Shown here: in pieces, positions 17,224 to 24,959 of the stretch
Layout: each line of letters begins with the position of its first letter
Position numbering within the stretch: position 1 is the first letter of the stretch
Source of the DNA: Longivirga aurantiaca
GTDB taxonomy: Bacteria > Actinomycetota > Actinomycetes > S36-B12 > CAIYMF01
Assembly: GCF_042660085.1 (NCBI RefSeq)
Contig: NZ_JBHSTI010000002.1
Location: 90,001-122,000 of the forward strand
Direction: 5' to 3'
DNA length: 32,000 bases
Translations under genes and position numbers: made by a program
Notes under the pieces: generated by a model
Seen by the model: only the letters and a program-made list of their open reading frames with translations
Database searches by the model: none
Told to the model about the DNA's origin: nothing

Positions 17224-17268
17224 TGACTGAACGCCGCTACGTTAGCCATGTTCAGTTATCCACGTCAA
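17224..17268 (-). promoter_or_regulatory. Candidate promoter of the MMPL-TetR operon, overlapped by an inverted repeat (putative TetR operator)
   Basis: On the - strand: TTGACG (17268-17263), 18-nt spacer, TAACGT (17244-17239). Inverted repeat TGACTGAAC (17224-17232) / GTTCAGTTA (17250-17258), 8 of 9 complementary, brackets the -10. Confidence 0.5.
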
Positions 17269-17335
17269 CTTACCCGCGCCAGGGCATGGGCGGGCCCGCG
17301 AGAGGACAGGAGGGCGTGCCGACGGGGGCTGCGGC

Positions 17336-18028
17336 TCACACGTGGAAGGCGAGCGCGGCCAGCACCCGGCGGTCGTACTTCGCGCCGTCGCGCAGCTCGA
17401 GCTTGCGGAAGACCTTCGTCACGTTGGCCTCCACCGACTTCACGGTGATGCCGAGCTCGTCGGCGATCGCAGCGTTGGTGAGTCCGCGGGCCAGTGCCTC
17501 GAGCACCTGGTGCTCGCGGGGCGTGAGCCGGCCGAGCCCGTCGTCCGGGGCCCCCCCGTTGACGCCCGCCACGATCTCGGGGTCGAAGGCGGAGACGCCC
17601 CGCAGGACCGTGCGGGTGACGTGGGCCAGGGTCTCGGCGTCGCGGACGTTGCTGTCGAGCAGGAAGGCCACCCGCTCGGGGCCGTGCTCGAGCAGCGCGC
17701 GCGCCAGCCCGTTGCGGCGAGGGCCGATGACCAGGAGCGCCGGTGCCGGGTGCGTGGAGCGCACCGCCGAGGCCACCTGCTTCACCGTGGAGTGCGAGGA
17801 GTCCGACGTGAGGCCGAGCAGGACGGCGTCGGGGAGGCTGTCGGGGTTCCTGGCCAGGAAGGCCGGCAGGTCGTCGGGGGCGACCGTGGCGACGACGTCC
17901 ATCCCCGCCGCGTCCGTCATCAGCGAGGCCACGCTCACACGTACGAGCGCGATGTCCGCGACGACGACCAAGGTGACCGGGCCCACCCCCGTGGGGCCCG
18001 GTGCGCTCTGGACCGTCGTGTCCGTCAT
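17336..18028 (-). CDS. LuxR/NarL-type transcriptional regulator with a degenerate (pseudo-)receiver domain
   Basis: C-terminal LuxR HTH LTPREHQVLEALARGLTNAAIADELGITVKSVEANVTKVFRKL. In the N-terminal receiver-like fold, DD is AD (VVVADIALV), the phospho-acceptor Asp is Gly (AVLLGLTSD), and T and K are replaced (LLVIGPR, AFLLDS). Confidence 0.85.
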   Translation of the reverse strand: MTDTTVQSAPGPTGVGPVTLVVVADIALVRVSVASLMTDAAGMDVVATVAPDDLPAFLARNPDSLPDAVLLGLTSDSSHSTVKQVASAVRSTHPAPALLVIGPRRNGLARALLEHGPERVAFLLDSNVRDAETLAHVTRTVLRGVSAFDPEIVAGVNGGAPDDGLGRLTPREHQVLEALARGLTNAAIADELGITVKSVEANVTKVFRKLELRDGAKYDRRVLAALAFHV

Positions 18029-18147
18029 GGATGCGTCCTCACGTGGGCAACCTGGACTCTGCTGCTCACGCTAGAGCGGCTCCGACGTCACGGCGCTGGA
18101 GGGACGGGGGGTTATCCCCCGAGTTCGGGAGGGCGGGCCTTCCAGGG

Positions 18148-19206
18148 CTACGGGCGCCCCCCCTGGTCCGCAGTCCTGGATGGCCCGCCCCCGGTCGCCC
18201 CCCTGCTCCCGTCCCCCCGGGGTGACCCCGTGCGGGTCGTGGGCGCGTCCGGGTCGTCGACGGCCACATGGGTGCGGCAGAGCGTCTTCGCCGCGTAGCA
18301 GGCGAGATCGGCGCGCCGGATGGCGTCATCGAGGCCCTCGGAGCCGACGACGGTCTGGGCCGCCACCCCGGCGGAGAGCCCGAGCCGGACGACGGTGCCG
18401 TCGCACGAGAACTCGTGGCCCGCCACCGCGGCGACGAGCTCGCCCGCGACGACGACGGCGCGGTCGAGGCCGCACGAGTCGAGGATCACGACGAACTCGT
18501 CGCCGCCGATGCGCACGAGGTGGTCGTCCCTCCGGATCGCACCGCGCAGCACCTCGCCGATCTCCTGGATCACCGCGTCGCCGACAGCGTGCCCGTGCCC
18601 GTCGTTGATCGCCTTGAAGCCGTCGGCGTCGAGGAAGAGCACCGCCCGGCCGTCCCCCGTGCGACGACCGCCGATCCTGGCCAGGTAGTGACGGTTGTGC
18701 AGCCCGGTCAGGGCGTCGTGCTCGGCGAGGTGCAGCGCCGCGCGCAGCGTGCGACCGGCCGCGTCGCCGTCGCGCAGGGCGACCAGCACACCGTTCACGT
18801 GGCCGTCCTGGTCGGGCGGGCCCGCGGTGACCGGCGACAGGCGGCACTCGAGCTCCTCGCCGGTGACGGTGTGGCCCACGGCCTGCTCGGACACGCCCAG
18901 CGACACGGAGTCGCTGGTCATGAGCACGTGGAGGCAGGCGGTGCGCAGCCGCTCGGCGGCGTCGGTGTCGTCGGCCACCAGGTCGGCGATGCTGCGGCCG
19001 ACGGGCTCGGGGGCGCCGAGCAGGGCGGCGGCAGCGGGGTTGGCCCAGCGCACGCACAGGGTGGCATCGACGGCGAGCAGCGCGTCGGAGACGGCGTCGA
19101 GGATGCGGTCGGGGCGAACCCACGGGACCTCGGGCGGGGCGGATGCGGGAGCAGGTGCAGCGACGGACGGCGTCGCGCCATCGGTCAGCCGCATGCTCGT
19201 CGTCAC
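18148..19206 (-). CDS. PAS-GGDEF diguanylate cyclase (intact active site and I-site)
   Basis: PAS-like N-terminus (ILDAVSDALLAVDATLCVRWANPAAAALLG). GGDEF domain with HDALTGLHNR, FLDADGFKAINDGHGHAVGD and RIGGDEF. The RxxD I-site (RRDD) sits 5 residues before GGDEF. The start is uncertain: GTG at 19206 (AAGGGGG 9 nt upstream) or ATG at 19194. The ORF-track start at 19374 is rejected. Confidence 0.88.
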   Translation of the reverse strand: MTTSMRLTDGATPSVAAPAPASAPPEVPWVRPDRILDAVSDALLAVDATLCVRWANPAAAALLGAPEPVGRSIADLVADDTDAAERLRTACLHVLMTSDSVSLGVSEQAVGHTVTGEELECRLSPVTAGPPDQDGHVNGVLVALRDGDAAGRTLRAALHLAEHDALTGLHNRHYLARIGGRRTGDGRAVLFLDADGFKAINDGHGHAVGDAVIQEIGEVLRGAIRRDDHLVRIGGDEFVVILDSCGLDRAVVVAGELVAAVAGHEFSCDGTVVRLGLSAGVAAQTVVGSEGLDDAIRRADLACYAAKTLCRTHVAVDDPDAPTTRTGSPRGDGSRGATGGGPSRTADQGGRP

Positions 19207-19250
19207 GGTGTCCGACCCCCTTGTCTCCCCGATGGAGCCCCGTCGCCCCC

Positions 19251-19275
19251 ACCTGCATGGTCTAGCCATGCAGGT
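19251..19275. promoter_or_regulatory. Perfect 10-5-10 inverted repeat upstream of the GGDEF gene (candidate operator)
   Basis: ACCTGCATGG-tctag-CCATGCAGGT. Located 45 nt upstream of the GTG at 19206, and downstream of the terminator hairpins of the preceding gene. Confidence 0.5.
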
Positions 19276-19308
19276 CGGGGCCCTGCTCCAGCATGACTGT
19301 CGGCGTAC

Positions 19309-19362
19309 CGCCCGGTAACCGGGCGCTCCCCCGCGTCGGACCAGGGTTAGCCCGACGCGGGG
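19309..19362 (-). terminator. Tandem hairpins downstream of the second LuxR-type gene
   Basis: CCCCGCGTCGG (19329-19339) / CCGACGCGGGG (19352-19362) form a perfect 11-bp stem with a 12-nt loop. CGCCCGG-taa-CCGGGCG spans 19309-19325. The hairpins begin 16 nt after the stop codon. Confidence 0.55.
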
Positions 19363-19377
19363 CAGCGGGCGCACCAG

Positions 19378-20055
19378 TCAGTCGAACGGTGCTGCGCGCG
19401 ACCTCAGGTAGATCACGGCGGCGGTGACGCGGCGGTCGAGGGAGTCCTGCCCCGTCAGCCCGAGCTTGCGGAAGATCACGGTGACGTGCTTCTCCACGGC
19501 CTTGACCGACAGGTTGAGCCGCGCTGCGATCGCGCCGTTGGAGGCTCCGTAGGCGAGGTTCTCGAGCACGTCGAGCTCGCGCACCGTGAGGTCGTCGATC
19601 TGTGGCCGGGTGTTCCGGTCGAGGAGGCTGGCGACGATCGAGGGCGAGAGAACCGTCTGGCCCGCCATGACCTGGCGCAGGGCGTCGATCACGACCTCGA
19701 TGCTCGGGAGATGCTCGTCCACGAGGTAGGCGATGCGGTCGGAGCCGCCGCGCAGGAGCTCGATCGCGAAGCCGTCGCCGCGGTCGGAGACCACGACGAT
19801 GCCGAGGCTGCGGCGACGCGCGTGCAGGTCGCGGGCGAGCGCGATGGTCGCCATGGTGCTGACGACGGGGGTGAGGACCGTGACCACGAGGACGTCGGGC
19901 TCCTCGGTCTCCACCAGCGTGGCCACCTGGTCGAGGTCCTGGGCCCGGCCCACGACCTCGATGTCGCGCTCGCGCAGGAGCGCGGCAAGCCCGTCGCCGA
20001 GCAGCAGGCTGTTGGCGGCGAGGACCACTCGCGGTCGCGCCGGTCCCGACTGCAT
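19378..20055 (-). CDS. LuxR/NarL-type transcriptional regulator with a degenerate (pseudo-)receiver domain; paralog of 17336-18028
   Basis: LuxR HTH LTVRELDVLENLAYGASNGAIAARLNLSVKAVEKHVTVIFRKL. In the receiver-like domain, DD is AN (VVLAANSLL), the phospho-acceptor Asp is Thr/Val (DVLVVTVLTP), and K is replaced (AYLVDE). It shares the C-terminal DRRV.AA motif with the other copy. Confidence 0.85.
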   Translation of the reverse strand: MQSGPARPRVVLAANSLLLGDGLAALLRERDIEVVGRAQDLDQVATLVETEEPDVLVVTVLTPVVSTMATIALARDLHARRRSLGIVVVSDRGDGFAIELLRGGSDRIAYLVDEHLPSIEVVIDALRQVMAGQTVLSPSIVASLLDRNTRPQIDDLTVRELDVLENLAYGASNGAIAARLNLSVKAVEKHVTVIFRKLGLTGQDSLDRRVTAAVIYLRSRAAPFD

Positions 20056-20338
20056 GACCTCTCACCTCAGAGAGCTGGAAGCACTCCCGAAGTGGCCGGT
20101 CACGACAACGGCGAAAGCCCGTCACAACCGCCGGTCAACCCAAGGACTGCTTCGACCATACGCGCACCCGGGCGCGGTTGCCCGGGAGAGCCCGACGTTT
20201 CCGGTCATGGCCCTCCTGGGGAACCCTGCTGACCCCCCTGTGGGATGCGTGCTGACCCCCCCTTCGTCCAGGTGGCTGCTGCTACCGTCACGCCCGCGGC
20301 ACGCCGGTCGGGCGGCCGGAGTGAGGGGGAGGCTCCGG

Positions 20339-21817
20339 ATGGCGGACGTCGGCGTGGGGCGCGGCCTCGCCCGCCTCGTGGTCCCGGTCGCGCTCGCGGC
20401 CCTCGCGTCCGCGCTGGGCGCCGCTCCTGCGCAGGCCGAGGACGCCGACCTCGTCGTCATGACGCGCAACCTCTACCTCGGGGCCGACGTCAGCAGCGCG
20501 CTCGGGCTGCTGCCCGACCTGCCCGCCGCCGCGCAGGACATGTGGTCCCAGGTCGCGGCCACCGACTTCACCGCGCGCGTGCCCGTGCTCGCCGCCGAGA
20601 CCGTCGCCGCCCGGCCTGCCGTGATCGGCATCCAGGAGGCCACCACCTGGGAGTGCCGGCCGTCCGCGTTCGCGGGGACGACGGTGGTCTACGACTTCAC
20701 CCAGCAGTTCCTCGACGCCACCGCCGCCGCGGGGACGCCGTACGTGCTCGCCTCGGCGAACGGCCGCACGGCTCTCAACCAGGGCTACTCGATCCCCGCC
20801 ATCCCGCGTCTCACCCGCGTGGTCGACCCCGGGACCTTCCAGCCCCTCTTCGGCACCGACGAGGCCGACTGCGGCTTCACCATCGCCGATGCGCTCGCCG
20901 TCCGGGCGGACCTCGCCGGGCAGGTGCTCGACGTCGGCACGGTGGAGTACGAGAACGCGGCCGCGATCGTGCCGGTGCTCATGGAGGTGCAGCGCGGCTA
21001 CGCGTGGGCCGACATCCGGATCGGGTCGACGCCGGTGCGCTTCGTGACGACGCACCTCGAGGCCTTCTGGAAGCCCGGGGCCATCCCGGCCTCGGCCGAG
21101 CAGGCGCGCCAGCTCGTGCGCGATCTCGCCGAGGTCAGCATGCCGCTCGTGGTGATGGGCGACTTCAACAGCGACCCGCGTGATCCGCGCACCCCGGGCG
21201 ACAACCCCGGCGGGCAGCCCGAGGCCACCGGCGACTGCCCCGCGCAGTCGGGCACCGACGGCGCCTGCAGCGCCTACTGGACGATGATCGGCGCCGGCTA
21301 CACCGACTCCGGGCCGGATGCGACCGACCCGCTCAACCTCAGCTGGGGCGCGAGCGGCCTGCTCGCCGGGCCGGACCTCGACCGGCTCGCCGCGGCCAAG
21401 GCCATGGGCAACCCGTACGGCATGACCGACCGGCTCGACTACGTCTTCACGCGCAACGGCGTCACGGTGCGCCAGGCCGCGCTCGTGGGCAACGACTGGC
21501 CTACCGAGGGCGGCACCTGGGCGTGCACGACGCAGGCGCAGAGCGAGAACGCCGAGGCTGCGGCGAAGGCCATGGGTGCGACCGTCCCCGCGTCGGGTGC
21601 CTGCCTGCCCACCGACCACGCCGGCGTCGTCGCGACGCTGGCCGCATCGGCTTCCGACGTCGTCGACCCGCCGCTGCCCGAGCGCGTCGGATTCCCGTTG
21701 ACCCGTTGGGCTGTCGGGATCGGTGCCCTGGTCCTGCTCGTGCTCGCGGTGCGCGGGCTCGTACGGCGTCGGCGCCGCCGCAAGGCCGCGAAGCGGGCCG
21801 CGCGCGGCACGGCGTAG
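20339..21817 (+). CDS. Secreted endonuclease/exonuclease/phosphatase (EEP) family protein with a C-terminal membrane anchor
   Basis: ATG after GGGGGAGG. Signal peptide ending AQA|ED. EEP motifs VMTRNLYLG, IGIQEA, TTHLEA, VVMGDFNSDP, DRLDYVF and PTDHAGV. The C-terminal hydrophobic helix is followed by RRRRRRK. Confidence 0.8.
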   Translation: MADVGVGRGLARLVVPVALAALASALGAAPAQAEDADLVVMTRNLYLGADVSSALGLLPDLPAAAQDMWSQVAATDFTARVPVLAAETVAARPAVIGIQEATTWECRPSAFAGTTVVYDFTQQFLDATAAAGTPYVLASANGRTALNQGYSIPAIPRLTRVVDPGTFQPLFGTDEADCGFTIADALAVRADLAGQVLDVGTVEYENAAAIVPVLMEVQRGYAWADIRIGSTPVRFVTTHLEAFWKPGAIPASAEQARQLVRDLAEVSMPLVVMGDFNSDPRDPRTPGDNPGGQPEATGDCPAQSGTDGACSAYWTMIGAGYTDSGPDATDPLNLSWGASGLLAGPDLDRLAAAKAMGNPYGMTDRLDYVFTRNGVTVRQAALVGNDWPTEGGTWACTTQAQSENAEAAAKAMGATVPASGACLPTDHAGVVATLAASASDVVDPPLPERVGFPLTRWAVGIGALVLLVLAVRGLVRRRRRRKAAKRAARGTA

Positions 21818-21871
21818 ACCGGCTGGTCGCCCGCCTCGGGGGACGCCGGTGGCGTTCGACAGGATGGCGAC

Positions 21872-22720
21872 GTGATCGCCGTCGTGCTCGGGCTGACCAC
21901 CGCGCTGGCCTGGTCGATCAGCACGGTCTCGTCGTCGCGCTCGGTGAAGGTGCTCGACCAGTACAGCGTCGTCGCCTGGGCCATGCTGATCGGCCTCGTA
22001 CTGACGCTGCCGTTCGCGCTCGGCGGCGGCGTTCCGGCAGCGCTCAGCGGCATGAACCTCCTGTGGTTCGCCCTCGCCGGCCTCGGCAACATGGGCGGCC
22101 TGCTGCTGGTGTACGCCGCGCTCAAGGTCGGCAAGGTCGGCCTGGTCGCGCCCGTGGCGGCCACCGAGGGGGCCGTCGCCGCGGTCGTGTCGTCGGTGCT
22201 CGGCGAGTCCCTCGCCCCTCTCGTCGTGCTGGGGCTCGCCGTCATCGTGGTCGGTGTCGTCGTCTCCTCCGTGGCACCTGACCCTGCGCCCATCGAGCAC
22301 GAGCGCCCGGTGCGCGCCGTGCTGCTCGCAACGTGCAGCGCCGTGGTGTTCGGGCTCGCGCTCTACTCGATCGGGCGGCTGAGCGGCGAGCTTCCGGTGG
22401 CATGGGCCTCGCTGCCGCCACGGCTCGCCGGCGTGGTGGTGCTCGTCATCCCCCTCGCGATCACAGGCCGGCTGCGGATGAACCGCGCGGCGGCGCCGTA
22501 CGTCGTCACGACGGGGATCATGGAGGTCGTCGGCTTCACGTCCTTCGCCTTCGCCGCTCGCGACAGCGTCGCCATCGCGTCGGTGCTCGCCTCGCAGTTC
22601 GCCACCATCGCGGCCGTGATCGCATACGTGGTCTACCGAGAACGCTTGGGGCGCCTGCAGATCCTCGGCGTGGCCCTCGTGGTCGGCGGCGTCACGGCTC
22701 TCGCTCTGCTCTCAGCCTGA
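21872..22720 (+). CDS. EamA/DMT-superfamily transporter
   Basis: 282 aa with about 10 hydrophobic segments arranged as two EamA-like halves. GTG start. Confidence 0.75.
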   Translation: MIAVVLGLTTALAWSISTVSSSRSVKVLDQYSVVAWAMLIGLVLTLPFALGGGVPAALSGMNLLWFALAGLGNMGGLLLVYAALKVGKVGLVAPVAATEGAVAAVVSSVLGESLAPLVVLGLAVIVVGVVVSSVAPDPAPIEHERPVRAVLLATCSAVVFGLALYSIGRLSGELPVAWASLPPRLAGVVVLVIPLAITGRLRMNRAAAPYVVTTGIMEVVGFTSFAFAARDSVAIASVLASQFATIAAVIAYVVYRERLGRLQILGVALVVGGVTALALLSA

Positions 22721-22818
22721 GGTGTCAGGGGGCGGGGGCTCCGGCTGCCGAGCCGAGCGGTGGTCCAGACTCGTCCCGACCGCGAGCGCCACCGCACCGG
22801 GAAGGTCCAGGCAAGCCC

Positions 22819-23628
22819 ATGAGCTCCAGCAGCACCGTCGTCCTCGAGTCCGAGGTCGTGCCGTCGCACCCGGGCCCGCGCACCGGCCCGCGGGTGAACG
22901 TGCTCGTGTCGCTCAACTTCCCGGACATGAACGGGCACGTCGCCGACCTCGTGCGCCGCTTCACGCGGGTCGCGCTCGAGGAGCTGGCGGGGCTCGGCTT
23001 CGACTGGCGGCTGGTCGACACCTCGGCGCCGCTCCCGCCGCTGCACGAGGTGCTCGACACCGACGCCGTGCTCGTGCTGGGCGGCGGCGACATCGACTCC
23101 GAGCTGTACGGCGTACCCGGCCCGGTGCCCCACGAGTACGGCGTCGACACCGCGGCCGACCTCTTCTCGATGGACGCGATCCGCGCGGCGGTGGAGGCGG
23201 ACGTCCCGCTGCTCGGGATCTGCCGGGGCGGGCAGCTGCTCAACCTCGCCTTCGGCGGCGGCATCGTGCCCGACCTCGACCCGTGGCACCTGCACAAGGG
23301 CGACTACGCGAGCGGGCTGTTCATCGACGAGCACGTGACGCTCGACGAGGGCACGCGGCTCGCTGCCATCCTCGGGCGGCGCGAGTGGATCGTGCGCGCA
23401 GGCCACCACCAGGCCGTCGCGGACGTCGCGCCCGCGCTGCGCCGGGCCGCGGTCGCCGACGACGGCGTGGTCGAGGCGGTCGAGCACCCGACCGCGTGGG
23501 CCGTCGGCGTGCAGTGGCACCCGGAGGACGACGAGGGCTCCGGGGAGGACCGCGCGCTCCTCTGGACGGCGCTGCGCCAGGCGGCCGTCGTCCGCGCCGC
23601 CGACCGCGCGGGGGCGCTCACCGACTGA
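22819..23628 (+). CDS. Gamma-glutamyl-gamma-aminobutyrate hydrolase family protein (PuuD-like, peptidase C26 / class I glutamine amidotransferase fold)
   Basis: Nucleophile motif LLGICRGGQLLN and His/Glu motif VQWHPE. 269 aa. Confidence 0.85.
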   Translation: MSSSSTVVLESEVVPSHPGPRTGPRVNVLVSLNFPDMNGHVADLVRRFTRVALEELAGLGFDWRLVDTSAPLPPLHEVLDTDAVLVLGGGDIDSELYGVPGPVPHEYGVDTAADLFSMDAIRAAVEADVPLLGICRGGQLLNLAFGGGIVPDLDPWHLHKGDYASGLFIDEHVTLDEGTRLAAILGRREWIVRAGHHQAVADVAPALRRAAVADDGVVEAVEHPTAWAVGVQWHPEDDEGSGEDRALLWTALRQAAVVRAADRAGALTD

Positions 23629-23640
23629 CCGGTGACCGTC

Positions 23641-23669
23641 TTGTGGGCATACCACGGTCTGGCTAAGGT
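23641..23669 (+). promoter_or_regulatory. Candidate sigma-70-type promoter for the dehydrogenase/monooxygenase/ligase operon
   Basis: TTGTGG, 17-nt spacer, TAAGGT (a TANNNT-type -10), in a locally AT-richer patch. The same patch has GGTCT direct repeats 12 nt apart start to start, and ATACCA...TGGTAT inverted hexamers. Confidence 0.35.
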
Positions 23670-23762
23670 CTATTGGTATAGGGAGAGAACCTCTTCGACG
23701 CGGTCCGCACCCCGGACGGACGTCGCCGTCCTCGTCGAGCCACCGTCGCCGGAGCAGCCCAC

Positions 23763-24947
23763 ATGACCAGCACCGTCCCGCCCTTCGCCAACCACCTCCC
23801 GGTGCGGATCCGCTTCGGCGACGGCCGAGCCGCCGAGCTCCCCGCGGTGCTGGCCGAGCTCGGTGCGACCCGTGCCCTCGTGATGCTCGACGAGGGCATC
23901 GAGCGCTTCAACCCGGCGGTCGCGGCGCTGCTCGACCTGCTCGACTCCACGGACGGCCTCACCGTGACGCGCTTCGCCAAGCCCGCGGGCGAGCCCACGG
24001 TCGCGATGGTCGACGCCGCGATCGCGGGTCTCGCGGCGGCGGACGCCGACGTCGTCGTGGCGATCGGCGGCGGCTCGGTGATCGACACGGCGAAGGCCGC
24101 GCGGCTGTGCGCCGACCAGGGCTGCACGTTCGCGGAGTTCCTCGCCTCCGAGCGGCGCTACCCCGAGCCCGTGCTCCCGCTGGTCGCGCTGCCCACGAGC
24201 GCCGGCACCGGGTCTGAGGTGTCGGGCGGCGCCGTCGTGTCCGACCCGGACGCCGGGCGCAAGGCAGGCATCGCCAACGCGAACCTCCGGGCCCAGGTGG
24301 CGATCGTCGACCCGGTGCTGACCCACAGCATGCCGCCGAGCATGACCGCGAACACGGGTATCGACGCCCTCGCCCAGGCGATCGCGGGCATGGTCGCGAA
24401 GGTGCGCACGCCGATCGGCGACGCGATCGCCCTCGAGGCCATCCGCATGATGGGCCGGTCGCTCGTCGCCGCCTACCGCGACGGCTCCGACGCCGTGGCC
24501 CGCTCGGAGATGGCGTGCGCCAGCATGATGGCCGGGCTCACGATGAACCTCTCGGACTGCACGGCCGAGCACTCGCTGGGGCAGGCCATCGGCGGCCTCA
24601 GCCACGCACCGCACGGGCTCACCATCGGGCTCGTGCTCGTCGAGACGCTGGAGCGCGAGCGCCACCACGTTCCGGAGCAGCTCGAGCGCGTCGCCGACGC
24701 CCTGGGCGCGCCGGACGACGGCACGCGCGACGGCAGCCGTGCGGTCGAGGCGGTCCGCGCGATCATCACCGCCCTCGACTTCCCCGTGCTCTCGAGCCTC
24801 GGCTTCACCGAGGACGACGTCGACCGGCTCGCCGACGCGGCGCTGGACGACTTCTTCATCACGATGGCGCCCGAGCCGTGGACCCGGGACGAGGTGCGCG
24901 CGGCGTTCCTGTCCGCCCTCGCGCTCACCTCGCGCACCGCGGCCTGA
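23763..24947 (+). CDS. Iron-containing (group III) alcohol dehydrogenase
   Basis: 394 aa with VVAIGGGSVIDTAKA, LPTSAGTGSEVS and the metal-binding His region AEHSLGQAIGGLSHAPHG. Confidence 0.88.
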   Translation: MTSTVPPFANHLPVRIRFGDGRAAELPAVLAELGATRALVMLDEGIERFNPAVAALLDLLDSTDGLTVTRFAKPAGEPTVAMVDAAIAGLAAADADVVVAIGGGSVIDTAKAARLCADQGCTFAEFLASERRYPEPVLPLVALPTSAGTGSEVSGGAVVSDPDAGRKAGIANANLRAQVAIVDPVLTHSMPPSMTANTGIDALAQAIAGMVAKVRTPIGDAIALEAIRMMGRSLVAAYRDGSDAVARSEMACASMMAGLTMNLSDCTAEHSLGQAIGGLSHAPHGLTIGLVLVETLERERHHVPEQLERVADALGAPDDGTRDGSRAVEAVRAIITALDFPVLSSLGFTEDDVDRLADAALDDFFITMAPEPWTRDEVRAAFLSALALTSRTAA

Positions 24948-24959
24948 CGGGCGCGTGCC

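Noticed and set aside
19207-19374. N-terminal extension of the GGDEF ORF back to 19374
   Set aside because: The extension translates to Arg/Trp/Cys-rich sequence. It also runs through two terminator-like hairpins and the 10-5-10 palindrome. A GTG with a Shine-Dalgarno sequence at 19206, or the ATG at 19194, is more plausible.
17336-20055. VpsT-type c-di-GMP binding motif W[F/L/M][T/S]R in the two pseudo-receiver LuxR proteins
   Set aside because: Neither protein contains a tryptophan, so the specific VpsT mechanism cannot apply. The broader effector hypothesis is kept only as inference.
21670-21817. C-terminus of the EEP protein as a sortase sorting signal (motif, hydrophobic helix, poly-Arg tail)
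   Set aside because: The tripartite shape is there, but the motif is LPERVG, not LPXTG or LAXTG. It is also separated from the helix by FPLTRW. A plain C-terminal membrane anchor is the simpler reading.
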